The notes: generated from the sequence alone by a model not told the origin. A stretch of DNA of 64,000 nucleotides from Nitrosopumilaceae archaeon (GCA_965209085.1 OZ242376.1:992001-1056000), one strand, 5' to 3'; counted from the stretch's first letter, positions 49,698 through 60,466 are shown. Numbers and translations: made by a program.

Positions 49698-50447
49698 GTG
49701 ATGGTACAGATACGCATGCTGCCCTCAGAGCCGGCACTGTCAATAGTTGGCAGTGGACGGCACCTTGTAATTGCAGACGTGCACATTGGATTTGAATCAA
49801 GGCTTGCATCAGCTGGCATATGTCTTGGCAAGGAATCTGCGGCGCGCAAATCCGCAAAGAGGGTTTTAGAGATGATGAGAAAATCAAAATCAGATTCGCT
49901 GGTACTGCTTGGGGATGTAAAATCAGGAACGGATAAAATTACAGACTATGAATGGCGCAACGTGCCGCAATTTTTTGACGAGCTTGGAGATATTGACATC
50001 ATTTTGGTTCCAGGAAATCATGACGGAGGCATATCAAAACTGGTTCCAGAGCACGTGTCAATATCTGGTCAGTCAGGTGTTATAATTGACAGAGTATTAC
50101 TGACGCACGGGCATGCCATGCCTTCAGATAAATTCAGTGCTGTAGACAATATTGTAATGGGTCATGTCCACCCCACATACTCTAGAGGGGATTCGGTTCT
50201 AAACGGCAGACCGGTCTGGGCATACTTGAAGGCAAACCGTGAGTGTATCTTCCCATCAGGTACCGGCAGCATCGGCGTTACCGTAATGCCCTCATTTAAC
50301 GAGCACATGCACGGGAGAGGACGAAAATTGCACAAGAGAACATCGCCCATACTCAGACGCGCCCTGCAAGGACTCTTGGCTGCAAAAATTGTATCCATGG
50401 ACGGGGCAATACTTTGCAACGAATCAGAGATAACGGCAGCATTGTAG
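49698..50447 (+). CDS. Calcineurin-like metallophosphoesterase
   Basis: ADVHIG, LLGD, GNHD, THGH and GHVHP motifs. Confidence 0.9.
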   Translation: MMVQIRMLPSEPALSIVGSGRHLVIADVHIGFESRLASAGICLGKESAARKSAKRVLEMMRKSKSDSLVLLGDVKSGTDKITDYEWRNVPQFFDELGDIDIILVPGNHDGGISKLVPEHVSISGQSGVIIDRVLLTHGHAMPSDKFSAVDNIVMGHVHPTYSRGDSVLNGRPVWAYLKANRECIFPSGTGSIGVTVMPSFNEHMHGRGRKLHKRTSPILRRALQGLLAAKIVSMDGAILCNESEITAAL

Positions 50448-50462
50448 GGAAGATTGAATTTT

Positions 50463-53400
50463 CTAGTAGTCTTCGCGGTAGGGTTCAAGCGGCATGATGG
50501 TTGTTTTATTTTTTATCGACCATTCAATGGTCTTTACAAAAGATTCGGCAAGCTCAGGCGTGGTGAGGACTGGAATTCCCATCTCTAGTGCCTTGCGACG
50601 TATGAGATATTCATCAGAAAGCATTCCCACGTATTTTTCAAGGGTCGATGTTCCAGGTATGTTTATTATAAAATCAATTTTATGCTCGTATAACAAATCC
50701 GATATGTTTGGTTTTCTGTCCGGTTCGCTTATTTTATGGACTGTTTTGGCACCTGGCAGGGTTTTTGCAAAAAATTCCACAGTGTGCTCTGTTGCACAAA
50801 TTTCAAATCCCATCTGGTGCAGCGAGGCAATGATCGGCAAAAGACGTTCTTTGTTTTCAGTCCCACCTATGGTGACAAGCGCCATTCCCGAATGCGGTAT
50901 GTGATACCCCACGGAGGTGAGCGCCTTGGATAATGCATCATAAAAGCTGCTCCCAAAACACGCAGCCTCTCCTGTTGATTGCATCTCCACTCCCAGCACA
51001 ATGTCTGCCCCTTCAAGCTGCATGAATGAAAATTGGGGTACCTTTATCCCGTACACCTCTGTTTTTTTCCAGTGATCATGGCGTATCTCCGGCAGTCCCT
51101 CCCCCAATATTGCACCAGAAGCTAAAGAGATGAGGTTTGTTCTGACAAGTTTTGAGACAAACGGCATGGAGCGGGACGCGCGTATGTTGAGCTCTATTAC
51201 GTATACGGTTCCCCCGTTTATTAGAAACTGCAAGTTGAATGGACCGCGTATGTTAAAGGCAATTGCAATCTTTTCGGTATAATCTGTAATGGTTTCTATC
51301 ACCTTGTTGTTTAGTCGCCATGGTGGTATGCACATCATCGCATCCCCAGAATGCACTCCCGCGCTGTCAATGTGCTCAACTACTGCCCCTATTATCACGC
51401 GTTTTCCATCGCAGACTCCGTCAACATCCACTTCAAGCGAGTTTAACATGAATTTTGAGACAACCACGGGATGATCATTTGATATGTCTACAGCTTCGCC
51501 AATGTATTTTTTCAGCTCATTTTGCGACCATATGACGTTCATTGCCGCGCCGCTCAATACGTAAGAGGGCCGTACCAGTACAGGATACCCGACCCTTTGT
51601 GCAAATTCTTTTGCACTAGTTATGTCCGTAAACGTCTGCCAAAGCGGCTGCCTAATGTGCATTCCATCAAGCACAGAGCTGAATGTGGAGCGGTTTTCGG
51701 CCCGGTCCACATCATATGATGATGTGCCAAGTATTGGAATTTTATTCTCGGCCAGCTCGGGGGTGAGATTGTTTGCAGTCTGCCCTCCAACGCACGTTAT
51801 TACACCATGTGGTGATTCAAATTCGGCAATGTCCAGTATGCGCTCCACTGTAAGCTCTTCAAAGTACAGCCTGTCACTTGTGTCATAATCAGTTGAGACA
51901 GTCTCAGGATTACAGTTTACCACGATAACATCCCCCTTGCGGCGTTTTTTCAGCCCCAAAACCATGTTTACCGTTCCCCAGTCAAATTCCACGCTGCTTC
52001 CAATGCGGTAGGGTCCGGCCCCCAAAACGATGATGCTCTTTAATTTATCCTGTATTTTGATGTCATCAGAGTCCCCGCCGTACGTCATGTACAGGTAGTT
52101 TGTCTTTGCTGGCCACTCTGCTGCAAGTGTATCTATCTGTTTTACGCACGGTTTTATTCCAAGACGCAGTCTCATCTCCCGGATATGGTTATGGGTGGTT
52201 TTTTGCGCGCGTGCAATCTGCATGTCAGAAAAACCCAGCCGTTTGGCATCGCGCATGCGCACCCCATCTGTTGCATCGGGCAATTTTTTCCCCATCAAAA
52301 CTATGTTCCGTATTTTTTCAACAAACCACGGATCTATTGCAGAGAGTGAGGATATTTTCCCAGTGTCCATCCCAAGGGCAATTGCGTGTGCCACATTGTA
52401 CAGTATGTTATCGTCAGGGTGTAAAAGGGCATACTCTACTTCCTCCTCTGTGGGCAGATTCCCGTCCCTCTCTGATAAGATCAGCCCGTCACGTCCGGTG
52501 TCAAGCATACGGATGGCTTTTTGCAGCGACTCCTCAAAGCTGCGCCCGATTGCCATAACCTCTCCGACTGATTTCATTGTAGGACCAAGGTTTCGTTTCG
52601 CCATCTCGAATTTGTCAAAATCCCACCTTGGATGTTTGCATACGATGTAGTCAAGTGCCGGCTCAAAGCATGCAGTTGTTTTCTTTGTAATGCTGTTTAC
52701 AAGCTCTGGCAGCGTATACCCGAGTGCAATTTTTGCAGACATGTACGCCAAAGGATATCCTGTGGCCTTGCTTGCAAGAGCTGATGAGCGTGAGAGTCTT
52801 GGGTTTACCTCTATTGCTGCAAAACGCGATGATTTTGTATCCAGGGCATACTGAATGTTGCACTCTCCTACTATCCCCACGTGCCGTATGGCCTGCAGTG
52901 CCGCAAGGCGCATTTCATGGTATTCCTGGTTGTTTATTGTCTGCGACGGAGCTACTACCACGTTGTCTCCTGTATGCACACGCATTGATAGGACATTTTC
53001 CATATTACACACTATGACGCTATTGTCTGCAGCATCACGCATGACCTCGTATTCTATCTGCTTCCAGTCCCCGACATATTCCTCGATGAGCACCTGTCCC
53101 ACCATGCTTGCAGATATTCCCCTTTGAACTATCTCGTGCAATTCAATTTCATTGTGCGCCACTCCCCCGCCTTTTCCTCCAAGCGTGTACGCTACGCGCA
53201 CTATGACAGGATATCCAAGATCCGCTGCAGCATCCTTTGCACCATCAAAGCTTGTAACAGTTTTACCGCGTAAAACCGGTATCTTGCATTGTTCCATGGC
53301 ATCCTTGAAGAGCTGCCTATCCTCAGTATTGCGTATTCCATCAATCTGTGTTCCAAGCACCTTTATGCCGTATTTTGATAAAATACCCGCATCATCCAAA

Positions 53401-53723
53401 CCCACACCGCAGTTTAATGCAGTCTGGCCTCCAAACGATAAGATGAGCGCATCGGGGCGTTCCTTTTCTATGACAGACTCTACATATTGGGAATTTACCG
53501 GTAAAAGGTACACCTTGTCAGCTGAGCGCGTATCAGTCTGTATTGTGGCCACGTTTGGATTTACAAGAATGCTGGAAATTCCCTCCTCGCGCAAGGCTTT
53601 GAGGCATTGGCTTCCAGAGTAGTCGAATTGGCGGCTGTTTTAACAGCTTTCGCCGGCTTCTCCGATCTTTATTGCCCCGCTTCCTAGCACGAGTATTTTC
53701 TTTAGAGTCTCATTTTTTGGCAT
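50463..53723 (-). CDS. carB: Carbamoyl-phosphate synthase large subunit; two exons (53723-53649 and 53627-50463), 1079 aa if spliced
   Basis: Conserved N-terminus MPKNETLKKILVLGSGAIKIGEAGE|FDYSGSQCLKALREEG lies upstream of the ORF-track start; two ATP-grasp halves and an MGS domain. Confidence 0.95.
53628..53648 (-). other. Putative 21-nt bulge-helix-bulge/loop intron in carB
   Basis: AGCTGTTAAAACAGCCGCCAA with in-frame TAA; GGCG/CGCC central helix, AAA bulge, GCTGT/ACAGC hairpin; removal restores GGC GAA TTC GAC. Confidence 0.85.
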
Positions 53724-54867
53724 GTGCACCTCCATTCATCAGGCTCTGCAGCTCTTTGAATACAAACTTGCAGTCAAACGGTCCAGGAGACGCCTCTGGG
53801 TGAAACTGCACTGCTATGCATTTTTGTTTTTTATGACGTATTCCTTCCACGGTTCCATCATCGGCATTTTTAAACCACATCTCAAATTCGGAATTTTCAA
53901 GTGATTCAGGACTGATGCAGTATCCGTGGTTTTGACTCGTCACGTATACCCTGCCATCCTGCAAATTTATGCACGGTTTGTTTTGTCCACGGTGTCCGTA
54001 CTTTAGCTTGTACGTTTTTGCCCCTCCTGCAAGTCCGATTATCTGCGCTCCAAGACATATTCCAAGTGTGGGGATGTTTTTGGATACAAGGTTTTTAACA
54101 GTCTGCACCGTTTGGTGGCATTTTTCAGGATCTCCAGGTCCGTTACTCACAACCACCCCGCTTGGTTTGTAGGAGAGTATTTTCTCAGCTGTTGAATCCC
54201 ATGGAACCGTAATGACCCTATACCCAAGATCACGCACGCATCTTATTATGGCGTTTTTTACACCCACGTCAATTATGACGACCGATTCTTTTCCATTACC
54301 GTATATGTGATCCGTTGTTGTTGAAACTTGCCCCACCAGGTTTTCTGAAGAATACGCATCTGATGCGCGCATCCGCTCAAGTATTTTGTGCTCATCAATC
54401 TCATCATCGGATACGGCAACAGCTGCCATGCCCACTCCCTCCTCGCGCAGTTTTTTTGTCAAAGATCTTGTATCAATTCCAGATATTGCAGGTATTTTTT
54501 GTCCGTGCAGCCATTCATCAAGCGTCATGGACATGTTCCAGTGGCTAGCAACAGTGGAGAGCTCGTGCACCACAAGCGCCCGTGGCTGTATGCGTCCGGA
54601 TTCAGAGTTTACATGTATGCCATCCTCATCTTGAACAGACATGTCAGGTACGCCGTAATTTCCCACAAGCGGATATGTGAGGGTTAGGATTTGCCCGCAA
54701 TACGAGGGATCCGTCAAAGTTTCCACATACCCGACCATCCCTGTATTAAAGACAATCTCGCCAACAGCTGTCCCAGAATATCCAAACCCCGTGCCGTTAA
54801 ATACAGAGCCATCACTTAGAATCAGTTTCCCATTTTTATTGGCGTATTGCGCCTCTTTGATAGCTAT
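53710..54867 (-). CDS. carA: Carbamoyl-phosphate synthase small subunit; start codon unclear (non-canonical)
   Basis: GKLILSDG..GEIVFNTGMVGY..TDPSY.GQ, SNGPGDP, GICLG, SQNHGY, QFHPEASPGP; conserved N-terminus lies upstream of the first ATG (54738). Confidence 0.92.
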   Translation of the reverse strand: MAIKEAQYANKNGKLILSDGSVFNGTGFGYSGTAVGEIVFNTGMVGYVETLTDPSYCGQILTLTYPLVGNYGVPDMSVQDEDGIHVNSESGRIQPRALVVHELSTVASHWNMSMTLDEWLHGQKIPAISGIDTRSLTKKLREEGVGMAAVAVSDDEIDEHKILERMRASDAYSSENLVGQVSTTTDHIYGNGKESVVIIDVGVKNAIIRCVRDLGYRVITVPWDSTAEKILSYKPSGVVVSNGPGDPEKCHQTVQTVKNLVSKNIPTLGICLGAQIIGLAGGAKTYKLKYGHRGQNKPCINLQDGRVYVTSQNHGYCISPESLENSEFEMWFKNADDGTVEGIRHKKQKCIAVQFHPEASPGPFDCKFVFKELQSLMNGGAHAKK

Positions 54868-54938
54868 AGTTAACCCGATCTTTAGTGCTATTTGTAGTGA
54901 TTTTTATATTTTTGGAAATAAAATTTGATCGCATGCGA

Positions 54939-56132
54939 TCAGAGTGCGCCAAACTGGTCTGTCCACTTTGAAAAAGCCCTCAGCATCTCCACTGAGACGC
55001 TGGGTTTTCGGCGGGTCAGAATGATTCTAAAATCCGCAAGCGTCAGGGTCCGTGGCGACTGGGACTCTTCGTTTTCCGTAGGCTCGCAGTATTCAGGCGA
55101 ATTGAACATTTCAGTTACTGCACTTAGCTGTGCTGACTGGCAGACATCGCGTATATCACTGGCGCTATACCCTTCAAACATCTTTGCTAAAATTTGATTT
55201 TTCAATTTTGGATCGTGGTTTAGCTTGCACGTATACGTGTCAAACAGGTTTTTTCTAGACTCCAACGTAGGCAGCGGCACGTGGATGCGTTTTTGGAAGC
55301 GGCGCAGAAACGGCGAATCAAGGCTCCAAGGTTTGTTGGTTGCCCCAATAACGTACAGTTTTGTTTCCTTTGCCTTGTCTTTTATTCCATCCATCTCTAC
55401 TAGAAATTGGTTTCTAGTTCGAACCTCGCCGCCAATCTCGCTGTTGCGTTCCCCTAAAAGCGAGTCAACCTCGTCAATGAACAGTATGACAGGCTTGCCC
55501 TCTTGTCCTGAATATTTTCTTGCCATATCAAACAGCTTTGAGACATTTTTTTCCGCCTCTCCGAGCCATTTTGACATCATTGATGCAGCATCCACGTTTA
55601 TGAAATAACCGTCAATCTCATTTGCCGTAGCAGCTCCCAGTATTGTTTTGCCGCATCCTGGAGGTCCGTACAAGAGTATTCCGTGCGGCCATCCAAGCGG
55701 AAGCAAGTCTGGTCTTTTTGCAGGATATACAATTGATTCACGCAGTGCGTTTTTTGCATCATTCAAACCTATCACCTGATCCCACATGATGTCCGGTTTT
55801 TCTTTCATTACAAGATCGTCAAAATCATTTCGTGATTTTTGATTTTCAAGATTATCTTTTTGCTCTGAGGATGACGCGTTTGGATCCACTGCCGGCTCCA
55901 CACTGCACGAATCCTGCAGTGCCTTTATGCGTCGCTGGTAGGAATTGGTGCGTTCCGTATACAGTGAGTTTAGCTTGTTATTTGGATATAGTGTCATAAG
56001 TTTCACTAGCGAATCTATGGCCTTTTGATAGTTGGATACTGCCATACCTCTAGCGCCATGGGAGTCATGCCTTATTGCATCGGTGGCATATCTACTAGCG
56101 CTGTCTTCTAATTCTTGGGGTGCCATGCTCAT
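54939..56132 (-). CDS. cdvC: Vps4/CdvC AAA+ ATPase (MIT + AAA)
   Basis: N-terminal MIT-like helices, GPPGCGKT, FIDEVD, GATNKPW, RRFQKRI; start taken at MSMAPQELE. Confidence 0.9.
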   Translation of the reverse strand: MSMAPQELEDSASRYATDAIRHDSHGARGMAVSNYQKAIDSLVKLMTLYPNNKLNSLYTERTNSYQRRIKALQDSCSVEPAVDPNASSSEQKDNLENQKSRNDFDDLVMKEKPDIMWDQVIGLNDAKNALRESIVYPAKRPDLLPLGWPHGILLYGPPGCGKTILGAATANEIDGYFINVDAASMMSKWLGEAEKNVSKLFDMARKYSGQEGKPVILFIDEVDSLLGERNSEIGGEVRTRNQFLVEMDGIKDKAKETKLYVIGATNKPWSLDSPFLRRFQKRIHVPLPTLESRKNLFDTYTCKLNHDPKLKNQILAKMFEGYSASDIRDVCQSAQLSAVTEMFNSPEYCEPTENEESQSPRTLTLADFRIILTRRKPSVSVEMLRAFSKWTDQFGAL

Positions 56133-56175
56133 ATATGCTCTAATATGGTTATGACAGTCAGCCTTGCCATTATGC

Positions 56176-56559
56176 CTAGTAAACAGCACTTGAAGAGTTT
56201 GTTAAATTAATTCCACTAGGGTTTGCCCCCTTTAGACCAAGTCTGGCCTTTGCCTGCATTATCTCAGATATTGCATCACCGGCACTCAGAGTCAGCTCAT
56301 CCGTCTCTGCCTCTATGCGCCCTATCAGGTCAGCTGATGCATACATGGAATCGACAAACTCTGCAAGAAGATCCCGAATCTGTTTTTTATGCTCGTGTTT
56401 TGTGAACAGATAGTCTGCCATCTGGGCCACTTTGTGAACGTCCATCAGCTCCTCAAGGTCAAGTTTTAAGAGCAGGTCAGCATCGGATTTTTTTACGTGT
56501 TTTAGACGCTCCCGTACGGCATTTGACAATTCCCTGGCCCGGTGTGCATGCTTTTCCAT
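56176..56559 (-). CDS. Hypothetical alpha-helical protein
   Basis: 127-aa ORF co-oriented upstream of cdvC. Confidence 0.65.
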   Translation of the reverse strand: MEKHAHRARELSNAVRERLKHVKKSDADLLLKLDLEELMDVHKVAQMADYLFTKHEHKKQIRDLLAEFVDSMYASADLIGRIEAETDELTLSAGDAISEIMQAKARLGLKGANPSGINLTNSSSAVY

Positions 56560-56643
56560 GTGGAATCTTGCATACTAGGTTTTTAACCCCCTAAACATGT
56601 GCGGCACGTATTATCCAATATTAAAGTAAAAATACAAAATGTT

Positions 56644-56985
56644 TTATTCAGAGTGGCTGCAAGAGCAGGATTTTGTGGCGTTTGGATTGTTTATTTTAAA
56701 TCCAGATCCCATCAGGCTATCAATATAGTCGACGTTTGCTCCACTCAGATGATCCTGACTGTAGCTGTCTACTAGAATTTTTACCCCGTTTTCTTCCAAC
56801 ACTAGATCGTCCTCTTCTGCAGCTTTTTCAAATCCCATGCCGTATGTAAGACCAGAGCATCCGCCGCCTTGGACGTAAACTCTTAGGAATTGTGGTTTTT
56901 CCGATTCTTGTTGGATGAACTCTTTTATTTTTTCAGCCGCTTTTGAAGTCACTGTAATCAGTTTTTGTGTTTGTTCTGTTGCCAT
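56644..56985 (-). CDS. iscA: HesB/IscA/ErpA iron-sulfur cluster assembly accessory protein
   Basis: LRVYVQGGGCSGLTY, GFKINNPNATKSCSC. Confidence 0.9.
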   Translation of the reverse strand: MATEQTQKLITVTSKAAEKIKEFIQQESEKPQFLRVYVQGGGCSGLTYGMGFEKAAEEDDLVLEENGVKILVDSYSQDHLSGANVDYIDSLMGSGFKINNPNATKSCSCSHSE

Positions 56986-57210
56986 ACTACTAGCATTATA
57001 ACTTGCATATATAATATTTTTGTTTAAATTTGGGTACGAATTCACGTCGTGCCTGTAATTTACATGAAAAATTAAGATCTAGGCACAAAATAAGGCTAGG
57101 TGCTGAACTCGTACAAATTTTGTTGGTATTTGTAGTTAGTGCTTGAGCATGCATGTGTTAGTCACAATATGTGCAGATGTGTTTTTAACCACCCATATGG
57201 TGCCAAATGT

Positions 57211-57315
57211 GTGAACCGCCGTTTCATAATTGTCATATGCGTGCTTGGGGTAGCCGTGGCCAGTGCGTTCTTTATGGGATCGCCGATGTTCGGCGGTTTT
57301 GACGGATCTAAATAA
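57211..57315 (+). CDS. Putative 34-aa single-TM small protein (not in ORF track)
   Basis: GTG-started MNRRFIIVICVLGVAVASAFFMGSPMFGGFDGSK; TTTTTAA box ~25 bp upstream. Confidence 0.55.
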   Translation: MNRRFIIVICVLGVAVASAFFMGSPMFGGFDGSK

Positions 57316-58444
57316 TTTTAAAAAAACGCCCTGCAGATTCTACAGCATCAGATATGGCGCGTATTTGCGCCAAACTCATGCTAGCTGTTACCGAAAGCCG
57401 TATTCTGGCATGTGCTTTCTCCACGGTTGGATACCTGACAGCCTGTGCGTATATGCCGTTTTTTAGCAGTTTTTTTGAAAATGCAACTGTTGTTTTTTCA
57501 TCCCCAATGTGTACTGGTATGATATGAGAGCAGTTGTTTGTATCATATCCGGCCTTTTGCAAATATTTGTGCAGCAAGACGGTGTTTTTTCCAAGTATTT
57601 TTTGTCTTGCCTGTCGCAATGGATATTGGATTCTTATCATAGCATGTGATGCAATATGCGCCGGCAGTGCAGAAGTGTATATCATGGTCCTGGCAGTGTT
57701 TATGCACAAATCTGCAATACGCCGGCTTGATGCAACATATCCTCCAAAAGAACCAAGAGCCTTGCTTAAACTGCTTACGTATACGTCGGGTTTTCTTTTA
57801 AAATGCTCCCAGCTTCCCATCCCCGTATCCCCTAGTGCAAAATCCCCGTGTGCATCATCAAGTATGGTTACAGCTCCGTATTTGTCCGCTATTTCACATA
57901 TGCGCCGCGCATCGGAGAGATCACCGTCCATGCTAAACGTTCCTTCCGTTACGATAAACACCCGTCCTTTGGGTTTTTTGCATTTTTTTTCCAAATCATT
58001 CATGTCGTTGTGTCCGTATACTGTGATCTTTGCCCCGGAGAGTCTGCATGCGTCGATTATACTAGCATGGTTTAGCGAATCTGACAGTATGCAATCACCC
58101 TTGCCTGCCAAAGCCGTCATTGCCCCGATATTTGCCATGTACCCGGTTGGAAATACAAGCGATGCTGTAAACGGTTTTGCCTTTACAATGACGGATTCAA
58201 GTTTGTGTATTGCCTCATCGCTTCCGGAAAGCAGTCTAGAGCTTGACTGCATTTTTCCCGTGCGCTGCATTCCAACTGACGGTGAAATTCCAAGATAGTC
58301 ATTAGAGCATGCGTTTATCAGGCATCGCCTGCCAATGAGTATCTCCGAGTTCCTAGTCAGAGAAGGGGTCATTTTGCGGTACAGTCCATGTCTGCGGATT
58401 GCCAAGATTCTCGAGTTTACAAACGCGAGTTTATCTTTCATCAT
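57308..58444 (-). CDS. bioF: 8-amino-7-oxononanoate synthase
   Basis: CSNDYLG, TGYMAN, SDSLNHASIIDA, EGTFSMDGD, DDAH, SLSKALG; directly downstream of bioB. Confidence 0.92.
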   Translation of the reverse strand: MMKDKLAFVNSRILAIRRHGLYRKMTPSLTRNSEILIGRRCLINACSNDYLGISPSVGMQRTGKMQSSSRLLSGSDEAIHKLESVIVKAKPFTASLVFPTGYMANIGAMTALAGKGDCILSDSLNHASIIDACRLSGAKITVYGHNDMNDLEKKCKKPKGRVFIVTEGTFSMDGDLSDARRICEIADKYGAVTILDDAHGDFALGDTGMGSWEHFKRKPDVYVSSLSKALGSFGGYVASSRRIADLCINTARTMIYTSALPAHIASHAMIRIQYPLRQARQKILGKNTVLLHKYLQKAGYDTNNCSHIIPVHIGDEKTTVAFSKKLLKNGIYAQAVRYPTVEKAHARIRLSVTASMSLAQIRAISDAVESAGRFFKII

Positions 58445-59415
58445 CCAAGGCCAGCCTTTTTTATCATCTCGAAATCTTTTTTCGGAGTATTTCCCCCGGT
58501 TGTAAGATATCCTGCAGTTATGATACCGTTTGCACCTCCTCGCAACAAAGATGCCCCATCATCATCAAACGCTTTTTCCCTTCCGCCTGAGATCTTTATT
58601 ATTGAATGCGGCAGTAAAAATCGCAGTACTGCAAACATGCGTGCGGATTCTGTAGCACCAAGTGGCGTTTGAAACTGCAACGGGGTTCCTGGCATTGGAA
58701 CAAGTATGTTTACTGTTATCTCTTCGGGGCGGATTTTTGCAAGATCCAACGCAAGCTCGAGCCGCTGTTTGCGGCTCTCGCCCATTCCGATTATCCCGCC
58801 GGTGCACAATTCCAATCCGGCATTGCGCGCTATGTGCAAAGTTTCCAACCTGTCATCATATGTGTGCGTTGTACATATTTTTGGAAACATGGATCTGCTA
58901 GTTTCCAAATTGTGGTTGTAGCGGCGCACCCCCAGACTGTGCAGCATTTTGGCCTGATCTTTTTTTAAAAATCCAAGGCTGCATTCAACGGATATTCCAA
59001 CTTCACGTACGATGCGGCGTATTATGCTGCAGACTTGTTTAAAATCATCAGCTGAAGGCTCCCTCCACGCTGCCACAAGACAGTATGATTCAGAACCTTG
59101 TTCCTTTGCATCATGTGCCCTGCGCATAATCTCGTCTGCCGGCGGCAAATCATATGTGTCAATTCCCGTGTTGTAAAATGCAGATTGGCCGCAAAACGTA
59201 CAGTCTTCACTGCACATATTTTTTTTAATGTTGTGCAGCTGTTCAACATCAACGCCGGTTCCGTTTATCTCCCTGGTAATCTCATCTGCAGTTGAGGCCA
59301 AAAGTGAAATATATTCATCATCAACATCCATTAAAAATTGCGCCTGTTGGGCACTCAGACCTTTGTCCGATATGGCATCGGATTTGCATTGCTGCACCAT
59401 ATTTTGTACGCTCAA
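58441..59415 (-). CDS. bioB: Biotin synthase (radical SAM)
   Basis: CSEDCTFCGQS, YNHNLETS, CTGGIIGMGE, GYLTT. Confidence 0.95.
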   Translation of the reverse strand: MSVQNMVQQCKSDAISDKGLSAQQAQFLMDVDDEYISLLASTADEITREINGTGVDVEQLHNIKKNMCSEDCTFCGQSAFYNTGIDTYDLPPADEIMRRAHDAKEQGSESYCLVAAWREPSADDFKQVCSIIRRIVREVGISVECSLGFLKKDQAKMLHSLGVRRYNHNLETSRSMFPKICTTHTYDDRLETLHIARNAGLELCTGGIIGMGESRKQRLELALDLAKIRPEEITVNILVPMPGTPLQFQTPLGATESARMFAVLRFLLPHSIIKISGGREKAFDDDGASLLRGGANGIITAGYLTTGGNTPKKDFEMIKKAGLG

Positions 59416-60048
59416 CGCTTCAATTCGAATGTATGCTCTAAATAAAAATAACTGTGAATGGCTCTGTAAACTTGTGTGATCATATTTTGATTACATAACG
59501 ATCTCTGAACTATATAGGTAATGAGATTATTTATTATATATGTGGTGATGGAGGAGGTCCATAATTGTTGGGGCTTTATTGATTAGACCGCATGCATAAT
59601 CATTAAAATCAGTCATTTTTATTCGTAAAAATTGTGAATTTGGCCTATTATGCATGAAGTCTATTGTGATAAAGTGTAAAGTTTAGGGGCTTTTTTCAGA
59701 TATTTGCCTACAATCTAAAAATACAATCAAATTATATTTTATGTCTTCATATGACGTCATCTTTATTTGATGATGCCCTGTATGATCTTTTCCCATATTA
59801 AGAGCATGAAAGTTTGAAGAATTGCCGAATGGTAATTTTTCACAATTAGCAGTTTTCATAAAATCCTCTATGCTATCATGTCTAATAATATTATTAATGT
59901 AAGTATCAACTTTCCATCTATAAAATTGATCTAATTTATGACGACTGGTAAGAAAATTAGGATACTATACCGCAGATCATAAATTCGTTTAAATTCTGAA
60001 TGATGTTCATAAATGATTCATGTTTTTTACATCTATAACTTCGTCATA

Positions 60049-60246
60049 TTATGATATTATTGATGGTTTTTTTAAACGAATTAATGCTTTGGGGTATAGA
60101 CTATGTTCTTTGTCATAATTGTATGCCTCATACATATACTCACCAATATCTGTATAAAATTCCAATTTTGATTGATGTTCCAACCACTCGTTAAATTTGC
60201 CAGCAGCTAACGTATCTTCTTGATCCCATGTTGGTTCCGTACTCAT
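60049..60246 (-). pseudogene. Short AT-rich ORF, probably the 5' part of a decayed gene extending toward ~59600
   Basis: Protein-like 65 aa followed by AT-rich sequence with broken frames; no recognisable family. Confidence 0.3.
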
Positions 60247-60399
60247 ACATGTATTATTCCATTTGTTAATTTAAGGATTGCATCTTGCACTCAAACCTGC
60301 AGTATCCCAAGTTCCCCCGCTTTACATCATATTTATCCCCTACCTACGCGTCAATAACATTTTCGTCCGGTTCGGGCATCTTTCATGCAAATGCATGTA

Positions 60400-60466
60400 T
60401 TGGTAAGGCGGACATGCCGTATGTTTGATACGGTCAGCAGATGGTGTTATCTATTCAGCATTCTCA
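60400..60466 (+). mobile_element. Tiny IS3-family integrase-core relic
   Basis: Reads ADMPYV*YGQ / RWCYLFSIL; AGATGGTGTTATCT is shared with the IS3 copies at ~43640 and ~25835. Confidence 0.6.

Noticed and set aside
53595-53723. carB as a simple pseudogene, a stop-readthrough gene, or a protein starting at 53594
   Set aside because: The remaining 3.1 kb is intact; a start at 53594 would delete the conserved GSG..IG...EFDYSG segment; readthrough would leave 7 extra residues in a conserved motif; precise BHB geometry explains the insert better
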